A stretch of 64,000 nucleotides of DNA from an uncultured Pseudomonadota bacterium (GCA_963847705.1 CAWKBC010000027.1:96001-160000); one strand, 5' to 3'. Positions 1 through 10,027 are shown, numbered from the stretch's first letter. Program-made: numbers and translations. The notes: generated by a model from the sequence alone, not told the origin.

Positions 1-1561
1 GAACCAGCGCATCACGATCTTCAACCATGGTGCGGAGCGAATCTTTGGCTACTCGAGGAGCGAAGCGCTGGGACTCCCCCTCGACCTGCTCTTACCGATC
101 CGGCTGCGCGCCGGGCATCGACGAGATGTCGAAGGGTTTTCGGTGGGAAGCACGACGGCGCGTCAGATGGGTGAACGCAAGGCCACCATCGTCGGCTTAC
201 GGAAGAACGGGGAGGAGTTCCCCGCAGAGGCGGCGATCTCGAAGCTCGAGGTCGAGGGGAAAAAGGTGCTCACGGTCGCTCTCCGGGACATCACCGAGCG
301 AAGGCGCAGCGATCTGGAGCAGGCGGTTCTGGCCGAAGCCGGCGCGGTGCTTGCCTCCTCGCTGAACTACAAGCAGACGATCACGACGATCGCTCGGCTC
401 ATCGTGCCCCGCGTCACTGACCTGTGCGCCGTCGACATCATGGAGGGATCCGAACCGGTGCGTCTGACGTTGACGCCCGCGGATCCCGCCAAGGTCCCAC
501 TCTGCGAGCGGCTCGCGGCGCTCCCTCTCAGTCGGCGCCACATGCTCAGCTGGTCGGCATACGAGACGAAGCAAACCGTCTTGCTCTCCGAGCTCGGCCC
601 GGAACAGTGGGAGGCGACGGCCCAGAATCTGGAACATCTGCAGCTGCTTCGCGAGATCGCCCCGAGATCGGCTGTCGTGGCTCCGATGTTCTCGCCCCGC
701 GGAGTGTTCGGAGCTCTCGTTCTTGCATCTTCGCGGCCGGGCCGGTTCCAGTCGCGCGACGTGGGATTTGCGAATGAGCTCGCGCGCCGCGCGGGCTTGG
801 CGATCGAGAACGCAAGGCTCTACGAAGCCGCCCAGCACGCGACGCGGGCGCGCGACGAGGTCCTCGGTATCGTTGCACATGATGTCCGGAACCCGCTCTC
901 GACCATCCGTCTGGCGACCGACGTCCTCGAGCATCAGCTCCGGGTGGCCGGATCGGGCAAAGGCGCGACCAAGAGCGTCGAGGCCATCAGGCGCGCGGTC
1001 GAGCGCGCCGATCGTCTCATTGAGGATCTGTTGGACACGACCCGCATCGAGGCGGGGGCCTTGTCGATCGCCGCCGAGGCCCTCAGCCCCCGTGAGGTAC
1101 TGGAGGATGCGCTGGAGGCTCAGCGTCCCCTGGCATCGTCGGCGTCTCTGGAACTGCGGCTCGAGGTAGGTCGGGACCTGTCGCCGATTTGGGCCGACCG
1201 AGGCCGAATTCTCCAGGTGTTGGCGAATCTCGTGGGGAACGCGATCAAATTCACGCCGGCAGGCGGGCATATCACTTTAGCGGCGGAGCCGAGGCCGGGA
1301 GAGTGGCTGTTCTCGGTCGCCGATACTGGCCCGGGAATTTCGGCAGAGAATCTTCGGCACCTGTTCGACCGGTTCTGGCAAGCAAAGAGAGCCGATCGGC
1401 AGGGCGCGGGGCTTGGGCTCCCGATCTGCAAAGGCATCGTCGAGGCCCACGGAGGGCGTATCTGGGCAGAGAGCGTCGAGAACCGCGGGACGACCTGCTA
1501 TTTCACCGTTCCCGCTGCGCCAGCCGCCTCCGACGAGCGCTCCCGTCGGCCCCCCAGCTGA
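1..1561 (+). CDS. PAS-GAF sensor histidine kinase, 5' end outside the window
   Basis: Frame is open from base 2 (NQRITIFNHGAERIFGYS, PAS-like), followed by a GAF region, H-box AHDVRNPL, N-box NLVGNAIKF and G-boxes DTGPGI/GAGLGL. Confidence 0.92.
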   Translation, partial: NQRITIFNHGAERIFGYSRSEALGLPLDLLLPIRLRAGHRRDVEGFSVGSTTARQMGERKATIVGLRKNGEEFPAEAAISKLEVEGKKVLTVALRDITERRRSDLEQAVLAEAGAVLASSLNYKQTITTIARLIVPRVTDLCAVDIMEGSEPVRLTLTPADPAKVPLCERLAALPLSRRHMLSWSAYETKQTVLLSELGPEQWEATAQNLEHLQLLREIAPRSAVVAPMFSPRGVFGALVLASSRPGRFQSRDVGFANELARRAGLAIENARLYEAAQHATRARDEVLGIVAHDVRNPLSTIRLATDVLEHQLRVAGSGKGATKSVEAIRRAVERADRLIEDLLDTTRIEAGALSIAAEALSPREVLEDALEAQRPLASSASLELRLEVGRDLSPIWADRGRILQVLANLVGNAIKFTPAGGHITLAAEPRPGEWLFSVADTGPGISAENLRHLFDRFWQAKRADRQGAGLGLPICKGIVEAHGGRIWAESVENRGTTCYFTVPAAPAASDERSRRPPS

Positions 1562-1588
1562 ATTCTGGGGAGCCCTGCGCGTCGGGGC

Positions 1589-1645
1589 TCAGAGGCTGAA
1601 GATCCGGGCCTCTTTCTGATCGATCCAGATGACTGCGTGCTTCAC
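1589..1645 (-). pseudogene. 18-codon remnant resembling the N-terminus of bacterial eRF1-like/host-attachment-type proteins
   Basis: AAGGAG RBS, then GTG, MKHAVIWIDQKEARIFSL and a stop. The HAVVWIDxxEARIF pattern is recalled from that family. It has its own sigma54 motif at 1715-1730. Confidence 0.5.
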
Positions 1646-1714
1646 GACGAGCTCTCCTTGAACGAGGTCTGGGTGTCCGGGACGCTTCTTGTGGGGCGTG
1701 CTGTCTCCAGTTTC

Positions 1715-1887
1715 AGCAATAAGGAGGCCGCGGCCACGCGCCCAGGCTGTCGAAGAAGCCCGCGAATATTTTGCGCGCGGCCAGTCTGTTCGCGCACGAC
1801 TTGCCGGCCGCCCGGGGCGGTCATGACCGGCGCGCCCGCTGGGCCTCGATGATCGCGGAAGTGATCCTTTGAGGCACGAGGGCTGCA
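1715..1887. promoter_or_regulatory. Divergent sigma54 promoters sharing a tandem enhancer pair
   Basis: (-) CGGCCTCCTTATTGCT 1715-1730; sites CGAA-TATTT-TGCG 1763-1775 and CGCA-CGACT-TGCC 1793-1805; (+) AGGCACGAGGGCTGCA 1872-1887. Confidence 0.7.
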
Positions 1888-1902
1888 TAGGGCCTGGGCA
1901 CG

Positions 1903-3132
1903 ATGACGACCGCCACCGCTACTGTCAGCCCGATTCGAAACGGCTCGCACCCCGCGCTCAAGAGGCCCTGGAAGATCGCCGCCGTCATCGTCGTCGTGGC
2001 CGCAATGGCTGGAATCGCCCTTCGGGCACGGAGCCGCGCAGCGGCCAAGAACGCTCCGGCTTTTCGATTCGAGACGACGACGGCCGATCGGGGACCAATC
2101 CGGGCGAAGGTCACGGCGACGGGAACGGTCAATCCAATCGTCACCGTCCAGGTCGGCGCGCAGGTGTCAGGGACGATTCTGGCGCTGGGCGCGGACTTCA
2201 ACTCGGTGGTCAAGCCCGGCCAGATGATGGCCCAGATCGATCCCCGCCTGTTCAAGGCCGCCGTTCAGCAGGCCGAGGCGAACTTCCTCTCGGCAAAGGC
2301 CAACGTCCTTCAGGTTCGCACCCAGCTCGCCAACGCCCGCAAGCAGGCGAAGCGAAATCAGAACTTGCTCGCGGAGAAATTCGTGGCTCAACAGGACGTC
2401 GACACGACCGACACCGCTGCCGCGGCTCTGGCCGCCCAGCTCAAGGCGGCTGAGGCGGTAGCCGCCCAAACGGAAGCTGCGCTGGCGACGACGAAGACCA
2501 ACCTGGCCTACACGACGATTCGCTCGCCCGTCAGCGGCACCGTCATCACACGCAACATCGACGTGGGGCAGACCGTGGCCGCAGCGTTCGCGGCGCCGAC
2601 GCTGTTCCTGGTCGGCGAGGACCTGACGAAGATGCAGGTCGACACGAACATCGCTGAGGCCGACGTCGGCCGGCTTGCGCCCGGCATGACCGCCACCTTC
2701 ACCGTCGATGCCTACCCGGCCGAGATCTTCACGGGAAAGATCCGAGAGGTTCGCAACTCGCCCCAGGTGATCCAGAACGTCGTGACCTATGACGCGGTCG
2801 TCGACGTGGACAACACGGACCGCAAGCTCAAGCCGGGGATGACCGCCAACATCGAGGTGGTCTACGCCGAACGAGCCACGGCGCTGCGCGTCGCGAACGG
2901 CGCCATCCGCTTTCGCCCGCCCGAGAGTCTCTTGGGCAAGAAGCCTCCCGCGGTTCCCCTCGATCGCAAGGTGGTCTGGGTCCAGCGGGCCGGCCTGCCG
3001 ACGCCGGTGTTCTTCAAGCCAGGGGTGAGCGATGGCGTGATGACGGAGGTCGTCGAAGGCGATTTGCAGGCCGGCGACCAGGTGATTACCGAGGTCATCT
3101 CGGCCCAATCGGCCGGCGGGCGGATCCTGTGA
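1903..3132 (+). CDS. Efflux periplasmic adaptor (MacA-like membrane fusion protein)
   Basis: N-terminal anchor, VQVGAQVSGTI, helical hairpin, IRSPVSGTVI, LKPGMTANI. Confidence 0.93.
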   Translation: MTTATATVSPIRNGSHPALKRPWKIAAVIVVVAAMAGIALRARSRAAAKNAPAFRFETTTADRGPIRAKVTATGTVNPIVTVQVGAQVSGTILALGADFNSVVKPGQMMAQIDPRLFKAAVQQAEANFLSAKANVLQVRTQLANARKQAKRNQNLLAEKFVAQQDVDTTDTAAAALAAQLKAAEAVAAQTEAALATTKTNLAYTTIRSPVSGTVITRNIDVGQTVAAAFAAPTLFLVGEDLTKMQVDTNIAEADVGRLAPGMTATFTVDAYPAEIFTGKIREVRNSPQVIQNVVTYDAVVDVDNTDRKLKPGMTANIEVVYAERATALRVANGAIRFRPPESLLGKKPPAVPLDRKVVWVQRAGLPTPVFFKPGVSDGVMTEVVEGDLQAGDQVITEVISAQSAGGRIL

Positions 3133-3950
3133 GCGGCGCCGTGGAACAGCCACTCATCGACCTCGGCCACGTCAGCAAGGTCTACACCCTGGGTGAGGTG
3201 GAGGTGCGGGCGCTCAACGACGTCACGTTCCAGGTGCCGCGCGGCGAGTTCGTCGCCATCATGGGCGCCTCGGGCTCGGGGAAGTCGACCCTCATGAACG
3301 TCCTCGGTTGTCTCGACCGCCCGACGTCCGGAACCTATCTCCTCGAAGGAAGAGAAATCGGCGGTCTGTCGCGGAACGAGTTGGCGCTCATCCGCAATGA
3401 GATGGTCGGCTTCGTCTTCCAGCACTTCAACCTGCTGTCCCGGACCAGCGCTCGAGAGAACGTCGAGCTTCCTCTCCTCTATTCGGGTGTCGTCTCCGCC
3501 CGGGAGCGGGCCGACCGGGCCCTGGCGAGCCTGGCGCGCGTCGGTCTGGCCGACCGGGCCGATCACCAGCCGAACCAGCTCTCCGGCGGCCAGCAACAGC
3601 GGGTGGCCATCGCTCGGGCGCTGGTCAACGACCCGAAGGTGATCTTCGCCGACGAGCCGACCGGTGCGCTCGACTCGCGGACGAGCATGGAGGTGATGCA
3701 GCTCTTTCAGGAGCTCGGGAGCTCCGGCATCACCATCATCCTCGTGACCCACGAGCCCGACATCGGCCGGTGCGCCGAGCGCGTGATCACCATGCGCGAC
3801 GGGCAGATCGTCTCCGACGATCGCCAGCAACCGCTCGTGGCCCGCCCGGGCCCGGCGGTCACCAGCTTGGCCGCGGAGGCGGCTTCGGTGCCGGTGGCGG
3901 CGGCGGCTCCGGCCCTGGCGGTGGCGGTATCCGTGGGAGGGCGGCCATGA
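3129..3950 (+). CDS. ABC transporter ATP-binding protein (MacB/LolD-like)
   Basis: Walker A GASGSGKS, signature LSGGQQQRV, Walker [12 protein letters not shown]. Confidence 0.95.
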   Translation: MSGAVEQPLIDLGHVSKVYTLGEVEVRALNDVTFQVPRGEFVAIMGASGSGKSTLMNVLGCLDRPTSGTYLLEGREIGGLSRNELALIRNEMVGFVFQHFNLLSRTSARENVELPLLYSGVVSARERADRALASLARVGLADRADHQPNQLSGGQQQRVAIARALVNDPKVIFADEPTGALDSRTSMEVMQLFQELGSSGITIILVTHEPDIGRCAERVITMRDGQIVSDDRQQPLVARPGPAVTSLAAEAASVPVAAAAPALAVAVSVGGRP

Positions 3951-5173
3951 ACGCCCTGGCCATCAGCCGCGTGGCCGGCCGCGCGCTGCTGCGGAACAAG
4001 ATGCGTTCGTTCCTGACAGCGCTGGGCGTCGTCATCGGCGTGGGCGCCGTCATCGCGATGGTGGCCATCGGCGAGGGAGCCAAGCGAAGGGTGGAGCAAA
4101 CCTTCGAGGCGATGGGGACGAACCTGCTCATCGTATTGCCGGGCTCGTCTTCGTCGATGGGGATGCGCGGGGGCTCGGGGAGTCAGGCGACGCTGACCTG
4201 GGCCGATTTGAAGGCCATTCGCACCGAGTGCAAGGCCGTCGCGGCCGCCTCTCCGGTGCTCAATTCCCACCTGGTGGTCCAGGCGGAGGATCAGAACTGG
4301 ACCACCATGGTCATCGGCGCCAACACGGATTACATGTCCATTCGCAACTGGCAGATGGCCCGGGGCCGCTTCTTCGACCAGGGCGATCTCGACGCGTCGG
4401 CCAAGGTGGTGGTCCTCGGCGAGACGGTGGTGAACAACCTCTGGAGCCCCGGGTACGACCCCGTCAACCAGTCGGTGCGGATCCAAGCGGTCCCTTTCCG
4501 GGTGATCGGGGTCCTGGCGAAGAAGGGTCAGTCTCCGATGGGGCAGGACTACGACGACACCGTCCTGCTCCCTCACACGACCTACCTCACGAAGATCTCG
4601 GCGGGCCTTGGCGGCTTCATCAACGGGATCGTGATGGTGAGCGCCACCAGCTCCGGCGAGACCACCCGCGCGCAGAACGAAATCACCTCGCTGCTCCGCG
4701 ACCGGCACCACGTCCTCGGCACCGACGACGACTTCTCCGTGCGCAACCTATCCGAGATGGCCCAGGCGCAACAGCAGGGGACGGCAATTCTCACCACGCT
4801 GTTGGCAGCGATCGCCGCCGTCTCCCTCTTGGTGGGCGGGATCGGGATCATGAACATCATGCTCGTCAGCGTCACCGAGCGAACGCGAGAGATCGGCGTG
4901 CGCATGGCGGTGGGGGCACGTTCCTGGGACATCCTGGCGCAGTTCCTCAGCGAGGCCTTGGCCATCTCGCTCGCGGGCGGGCTGCTCGGAATCGCGTTCG
5001 GCCTCCTGGCCGCTCATCAGCTGGCGGCCCACTTCGGGTGGCCATTCTTCGTCCACCTCGACGTCATCTTCATTTCGGTCGGTTTCAGCGCGCTGGTGGG
5101 TGTCGTGTTCGGCCTCTACCCCGCCCGCAAGGCATCTCGACTGGACCCGATCGAAGCCCTCCGATTCGAGTGA
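3947..5173 (+). CDS. ABC transporter permease (MacB/FtsX family)
   Basis: RSFLTALGVVIGV, GGIGIMNIMLVSVTERTREIG, PARKASRLDPIEALR; ATG overlaps the upstream stop. Confidence 0.95.
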   Translation: MNALAISRVAGRALLRNKMRSFLTALGVVIGVGAVIAMVAIGEGAKRRVEQTFEAMGTNLLIVLPGSSSSMGMRGGSGSQATLTWADLKAIRTECKAVAAASPVLNSHLVVQAEDQNWTTMVIGANTDYMSIRNWQMARGRFFDQGDLDASAKVVVLGETVVNNLWSPGYDPVNQSVRIQAVPFRVIGVLAKKGQSPMGQDYDDTVLLPHTTYLTKISAGLGGFINGIVMVSATSSGETTRAQNEITSLLRDRHHVLGTDDDFSVRNLSEMAQAQQQGTAILTTLLAAIAAVSLLVGGIGIMNIMLVSVTERTREIGVRMAVGARSWDILAQFLSEALAISLAGGLLGIAFGLLAAHQLAAHFGWPFFVHLDVIFISVGFSALVGVVFGLYPARKASRLDPIEALRFE

Positions 5174-5177
5174 ATCC

Positions 5178-6506
5178 ATGAACCGTTACACTGTCCCCAC
5201 TCTCGCCCTCTTGGCTCTGATCGCGGCGCCGGCGGGCGCTGCGGCTGAGACGCTGACGCTCGATCTCGCCCTGGAGATCACGCGCGTCAACCTCCCGGCG
5301 TTGCGGCAGGCGCGCGCGCAGGTCGAGCAGGCCCACGGCCTTTACGACCAGGCGCGCGCGGGATGGTACCCCACGGTATCGATCGCGCTCGCCTACAAGC
5401 GCACCACCGGCAACATCGCGGTCAGTCCTGGGCTCACGCCCGCCAGCGAGGCCCTTCCGGCCGCCAATCTGAACACCTACAACTACTTCACCAACAGCGT
5501 CGTCGCCTCGCAGCTCCTGTGGGACTTCGGTCAGACCTCGAACAAGGTGGCCTCTGCTGTCGAGACCACCCGCGCCCAGCAAGAGACGGCACGCACGGCG
5601 CTGCTCCAAGCTGAGCTGGCGGTGAGAACGGCGTTCTTCGTGGCGGCCGCCCAGAACGATCTGGTCAGGGTCGCGGAGGTCAATCTGGCGAACAACGACA
5701 CCCATCTGGCCGAGACGCAGGCGTTCGTGAAAGAGGGCACCCAGCCCGAGATCGCGCTGGCAACTGCGCAGGCCAACCGCGCAAATGCGGTGGTGCAACT
5801 GATCAGCGCGAAGAACGCTTATGCCACGGCCAAGACCAGGCTGAACCAGGCCATGGGCGTGCAGGGGTCGACAGCCTACGACCTGCAAGCCCCGCCGTCG
5901 GCACCGGTCCCGGAAGAGGATGCGCCGCTCGAGCGCTTGGTCGCGGAAGCTCTGAGCACGCGCCCCGAGGAAGCAGCGCTCGAAGCGCAAGGCCGGTCGG
6001 CGCGGGCGAACATCAAGGCCTCGGGAGATATGGCGTTTCCGACGCTCTCACTGACCGCTGGCGCCAGCGACAACGGCACGACCGTCGACACCAACGGCAG
6101 GCAGTCGGTGAGCCTCACGCCCAACGTCAACGCCGGGCTCGCCTTGAGTTGGACGCTGAACCTCGGGCCACTCATCCCGGGAGAGCTCCGAGTCGCACGA
6201 GCGCAGCTGGCCAGCATCTCAGCCCAATTGGATGGTCTCCACGTACAGGTCCGCGTCGACGTCGAGACCGCGCAGCTCGCCGTCAAGGCGGCTCGGGAAT
6301 CCTTGGTGGCTGCCGTCCAGGCCAGGGACGCTGCCGACACCCAACTTCGCCTGGCCAACGGCCGCTACAAGACTGGCGTCGGCAACGCCGTCGAGGTCAG
6401 CGACGCCCAGCTCGCCGCCGATCAGGCAGGGGCCCAGGCGGTCCAAGCGCAGCTCAATCTCGACACCGCACGAGCCCAGCTCGTCGAAGCCCTGGGAAGG
6501 ACCTAA
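5178..6506 (+). CDS. TolC-family outer membrane efflux protein
   Basis: Signal peptide, SQLLWDFG, RYKTGVGNAVEVSDAQ, operon position. Confidence 0.9.
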   Translation: MNRYTVPTLALLALIAAPAGAAAETLTLDLALEITRVNLPALRQARAQVEQAHGLYDQARAGWYPTVSIALAYKRTTGNIAVSPGLTPASEALPAANLNTYNYFTNSVVASQLLWDFGQTSNKVASAVETTRAQQETARTALLQAELAVRTAFFVAAAQNDLVRVAEVNLANNDTHLAETQAFVKEGTQPEIALATAQANRANAVVQLISAKNAYATAKTRLNQAMGVQGSTAYDLQAPPSAPVPEEDAPLERLVAEALSTRPEEAALEAQGRSARANIKASGDMAFPTLSLTAGASDNGTTVDTNGRQSVSLTPNVNAGLALSWTLNLGPLIPGELRVARAQLASISAQLDGLHVQVRVDVETAQLAVKAARESLVAAVQARDAADTQLRLANGRYKTGVGNAVEVSDAQLAADQAGAQAVQAQLNLDTARAQLVEALGRT

Positions 6507-6544
6507 GCTGTGGACGAACCGAACGACAACAGGAGGACGGCTTC

Positions 6545-7003
6545 ATGACTCTCGACAATCTCAAGATCATCTTGGTCCCGACGGACTTCTCGCCCGCGTC
6601 CGCGGTTGCGGTGAAGGCTGCCATCCGAGTGGCTCAGCTGTTCCACGCTTCCATCGAGGTGTTTCACGTCAACGTCGATCCATCGGTTGTCTTGCCCCCG
6701 CCCGGAGACGTCCTTTCGTTTCCCGGGGCCTTCGACCGGGTTCTGGCTGATACAGCCGAGAAGATCGACCGGGTCGTCGGTGAGATCCGAGAGGCTGGGG
6801 TGACTTGCTCGAGCGCTTCGGATATCGGGCGATCGTATGCGGCGATCGTCGAGCAAGCCAAGCTGAGCGGCGCCGGTCTGATCGTGATGGGCAGTCATGG
6901 CCGACACGGGCTCAGCCACGCACTCCTCGGCAGCGTCGCCGAGAAGGTCGTCGAGCACGCTCCTTGCCCGGTCCTCATCGTACCCGCGCCGCCGCCTGCC
7001 TAG
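6545..7003 (+). CDS. Universal stress protein
   Basis: ILVPTDFS...LIVMGSHGRHGLSHALLGSVAEKVVEHAPCPVL; AGGAGG RBS. Confidence 0.95.
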   Translation: MTLDNLKIILVPTDFSPASAVAVKAAIRVAQLFHASIEVFHVNVDPSVVLPPPGDVLSFPGAFDRVLADTAEKIDRVVGEIREAGVTCSSASDIGRSYAAIVEQAKLSGAGLIVMGSHGRHGLSHALLGSVAEKVVEHAPCPVLIVPAPPPA

Positions 7004-7082
7004 TCCTCTGCCCCGGGGGTAACGATTAGACTGACCTTCGCAGCCCGAAGATTCGGATCGAAAACATCGCAGGGTGATGCTC

Positions 7083-7250
7083 TGCACCGAAAATGCCAAC
7101 CGCTGTCGTCTGGGGTTTCCCTGCGGTCGACGAGGGGGGGCGGGTCCAATTGCGCAACTTCCGCACCGACTGTCCGCTGGCGCGCAGGTTTCGCGCGGCC
7201 GATGACAGGGGCGGCTCGACGACGAGGACCTTCGCGGCACGTCGGATGCT
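7083..7250. promoter_or_regulatory. Divergent sigma54 promoters with tandem enhancer pair; the leftward promoter has no intact gene
   Basis: (-) TGGCATTTTCGGTGCA 7083-7098; sites CGCA-ACTTC-CGCA 7153-7165 and CGCA-GGTTT-CGCG 7183-7195; (+) CGGCACGTCGGATGCT 7235-7250. Confidence 0.68.
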
Positions 7251-7277
7251 AGGATTTGAGCCGAGCTCGCGAAGCGC

Positions 7278-7976
7278 GTGAAGCCAGCCCGCCAACAAGA
7301 TCATCGAATCGGCCGCGGCGGTTGGCTCCGGGCGGCGGTTCTTGGGGCTGACGACGGGGTCGTTTCGACGGCGAGCTTGATCATCGGCGTGGGGTCGGCT
7401 GCCGTCTCGACACGGGCCGTCCTGACGGCGGGCATCGCCGGGATGGCCGCGGGCGCGCTGTCGATGGCCGCCGGCGAGTACGTCTCCGTCTGCTCGCAAC
7501 GGGACGTCGAGGAAGCCGACATCGCGCTCGAGCGCCGCCAGCTCAGAGAGAATCCGGCGGGCGAGCTGGACGAGTTGGTTGGGATCTATGTGAAGAGGGG
7601 CCTCGACCCCCAGCTGGCGCAGAAGGTGGCCGAACAGCTCAGCGCACGAGGCCGTCTGAAGGCCCACCTTCGGGACGAGCTGGGTCTGCAGGAATCCCTT
7701 CGCGCGCGGCCGCTCCAGGCGGCCATGGTCTCGGCGCTGAGCTTCGCATCGTTGGCGCTCCTGCCGATTCTGGCTTTCGCGAGCGCTCCCTCCTCGCTCC
7801 GGCTCCCCATCGTGGCGCTGGTATCGCTCGCTGGATTGGCGGGACTCGGAGCCCTGGGTGCGGCTCTCGGGGGCGCGCCTCGTCTTCGGGCGGCCTGGAG
7901 GGTCCTCCTCGGTGGGGGCTTCGCCATGGCGGTGAGTGCGCTCGTGGGACACGTCCTCGGCTTGGCGGGGCTCTGA
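7278..7976 (+). CDS. VIT1/CCC1 family Fe/Mn transporter
   Basis: WLRAAVLGADDGVVS, ALSMAAGEYVSVCSQRD, AHLRDELG. Confidence 0.92.
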   Translation: MKPARQQDHRIGRGGWLRAAVLGADDGVVSTASLIIGVGSAAVSTRAVLTAGIAGMAAGALSMAAGEYVSVCSQRDVEEADIALERRQLRENPAGELDELVGIYVKRGLDPQLAQKVAEQLSARGRLKAHLRDELGLQESLRARPLQAAMVSALSFASLALLPILAFASAPSSLRLPIVALVSLAGLAGLGALGAALGGAPRLRAAWRVLLGGGFAMAVSALVGHVLGLAGL

Positions 7977-8020
7977 GGTTGTCAGACCGCTGCTGCTCGC
8001 GTCTCCCGGGAGGGTGGGCC

Positions 8021-8201
8021 TTCAAGCTGCGGGCCAGATGGCGTCGTCGGTGTCGGCAGCGTCGGCCGCGCAGAATCTGCGTCGTTCGAAATGGCACGCG
8101 CAAGAGTTGCTCGGAGGCAGAGATCCACGCGTACCAAAGGTCTTTCGTTGCCCCAACACCTCGTCAAGATGCGGCTGTCATCTGCTGGCACGACCTGTGC
8201 T
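8021..8201. promoter_or_regulatory. Tandem enhancer pair and sigma54 promoter of the CBS gene, plus a degenerate leftward motif
   Basis: Sites CGCA-GAATC-TGCG 8069-8081 and CGCA-AGAGT-TGCT 8099-8111; (+) TGGCACGACCTGTGCT 8186-8201; (-) TGGCCCGCAGCTTGAA 8021-8036. Confidence 0.72.
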
Positions 8202-8220
8202 CACGACAGGACACGGAGGT

Positions 8221-8799
8221 ATGCCCATGAAGTGCAGCGACATCATGAACAGAAATTTGGAGTGGCTGACCGAGAGCGACACGATCAAGAGTGCGGCGAA
8301 GAAGATGGCCGAGACGGGGCTCGGCTTTCTGCCGATCTGCGACGCGAATATGAGCGTGGTCGGCGTGGTCACCGACCGCGACCTGACCGTCCGCGCCCTC
8401 GCTGGTCGGGTCAATCCGGACACCACGTCGGCTGCCATGGTGATGAGCGCCCCGGCCGTCAGTTGCCTGGTCACCACCGACATCCGCGACGCCGAGGAGC
8501 TCATGGCGCAAGAGCAGAAGTCGCGCCTGGTCATCGCGGAGCCGGGCGGGCGTCTGGTCGGCGTGATCAGCCTGGCCGACCTGGTCGAACATGCCGACGC
8601 CAAACAGGCTCTGCGAACGGTCAAGGCCGTTCTCTGGCGCGAGGCCCTCGGGGCTCGTGGCGGCGCGATTCAAGGCCAGCCGCTCCTGAAGGACGATCCC
8701 GCGGCGTGGAACGTGCCAACGCCGTCGGATGACGTCCGTGTGCTTCCGACGGTGTTCACCGGCGGACAGCGCTCGGCGGATACCAAGGAATTTCCGTAA
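8221..8799 (+). CDS. CBS domain pair protein
   Basis: GFLPICD...VVGVVTDRDL...LVGVISLADL; GGAGG RBS. Confidence 0.9.
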   Translation: MPMKCSDIMNRNLEWLTESDTIKSAAKKMAETGLGFLPICDANMSVVGVVTDRDLTVRALAGRVNPDTTSAAMVMSAPAVSCLVTTDIRDAEELMAQEQKSRLVIAEPGGRLVGVISLADLVEHADAKQALRTVKAVLWREALGARGGAIQGQPLLKDDPAAWNVPTPSDDVRVLPTVFTGGQRSADTKEFP

Positions 8800-8807
8800 C
8801 CGAAGAG

Positions 8808-8835
8808 GCGCGGGCGAGCCGAGGCTCGCCCGCGC
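8808..8835. terminator. GC-rich hairpin between convergent genes
   Basis: GCGCGGGCGAGCC-GA-GGCTCGCCCGCGC perfect inverted repeat; no U-tract. Confidence 0.6.
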
Positions 8836-8846
8836 GAGTCCTCCCC

Positions 8847-9149
8847 TCAGCGAAGACCGGCGTCGGGGGACAGGTCGAGATCGACGGGTCCGGGCGCGGT
8901 CGGTGGGATCGCCGGCTGCGCCTTCTTCTGCTCGGCCCACTGTTTCCGCTGGCGGGCGGCAACAATTCCCCATCGCGCGTCCTCCTCCTCCAGGTGGAGC
9001 CCGGTCGCGGCGTTCTGCGCGGCGATCTTGTCGGGCGCGGAGTCCGGCACGCGTTGCACGGACTCAGGGCGCGAGCGGGGACCTGCGGCGCAAGAAGCGA
9101 GGAGAGCGCCGACGAAAATCGTGCGGAGAAACGAGCGCGTGATGGTCAT
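8847..9149 (-). CDS. Small hypothetical lipoprotein
   Basis: Signal with lipobox LLASC; upstream sigma54 motif TGGCCGAGATCTTGCC at 9162-9177. Confidence 0.65.
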   Translation of the reverse strand: MTITRSFLRTIFVGALLASCAAGPRSRPESVQRVPDSAPDKIAAQNAATGLHLEEEDARWGIVAARQRKQWAEQKKAQPAIPPTAPGPVDLDLSPDAGLR

Positions 9150-9181
9150 GTCAAAGGGATAGGCAAGATCTCGGCCATCTC

Positions 9182-10027
9182 TCAGGACGCGCCTTGCATC
9201 CGACCCGTGATCACTTCGAGAACCTCGGCGGTGATCTCGTCCTGTCGCAGGACGTTCTCGCTGCGACGCAGGTCGACAAGCATGTCATCGAGGTGGGTGT
9301 GTGCAGCCTGCAGGACCTCCAGGCTCGCCGCGTTGGCCGCCGCGAAGCTCTCCGCGACGAACTCGAAGAGCCTGGCGTGAACGTACTCGCCGGCGATCTG
9401 CGCCATGAGAAGCGGGGCGGGCAGCATCGTGATGGGCGGAAGGGTGTCTGGTCGCCCGCTCCCCGGGAGGTCGAGGGGCAGCAACCTACGTCGCTCAATC
9501 ACGATGGTTCCCGTCGGCGTACGCCTGGGATGGACGATCTGGACCGAAAGACCATCGATGGATCCCGATCGCTCGAGGACCAGGGCACCGATCTGGTCGG
9601 CCGCGTCGCCGATGCCTCCGAGGTGGCTGGGCATGCTTCCGATGTACGTGGCGGTCAGCCCCTGCTCGCGTGCGAGCGCTTGGCCGCGCGCCCCGACGAT
9701 ACAGAGCTGGTAAGGCACAGGCGTTTCGGCGGCCGAGCGCAGCGTGCGCTCGTTGAGCGCTCCGACGAAGCCACGCTCGGTACAGAGGGCGACGACCAGG
9801 CTCTCCCGCTCCCGACCGGGCGGATCGAGGGGAAGGACGGACCTGGCCTCGCCGGTCAGGCTGGCGAAGGCGGCACCGATTCGGTCGGCGTACTCCCGAG
9901 CCGCTGCCTGAGCCCGCTCGCCCTGTTGGATGCGCGCGGCTGCCATTCCCCGCATCGCCCCCAGGACCTCTTCGAGCTCGTTCATGGTGGCGAGGCGGGC
10001 CCGCACCTCCGCGCCTCGCTCAGACAT
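9182..10027 (-). CDS. atpG: N-type ATPase gamma subunit
   Basis: AMRGMAAARI, ERGFVGALN, RQDEITAEVLEV; last gene of the operon. Confidence 0.9.
   Translation of the reverse strand: MSERGAEVRARLATMNELEEVLGAMRGMAAARIQQGERAQAAAREYADRIGAAFASLTGEARSVLPLDPPGRERESLVVALCTERGFVGALNERTLRSAAETPVPYQLCIVGARGQALAREQGLTATYIGSMPSHLGGIGDAADQIGALVLERSGSIDGLSVQIVHPRRTPTGTIVIERRRLLPLDLPGSGRPDTLPPITMLPAPLLMAQIAGEYVHARLFEFVAESFAAANAASLEVLQAAHTHLDDMLVDLRRSENVLRQDEITAEVLEVITGRMQGAS

Noticed and set aside
1903-6506. Macrolide efflux (macAB-tolC) as a specific call
   Set aside because: The family is clear but the substrate cannot be read from the sequence.
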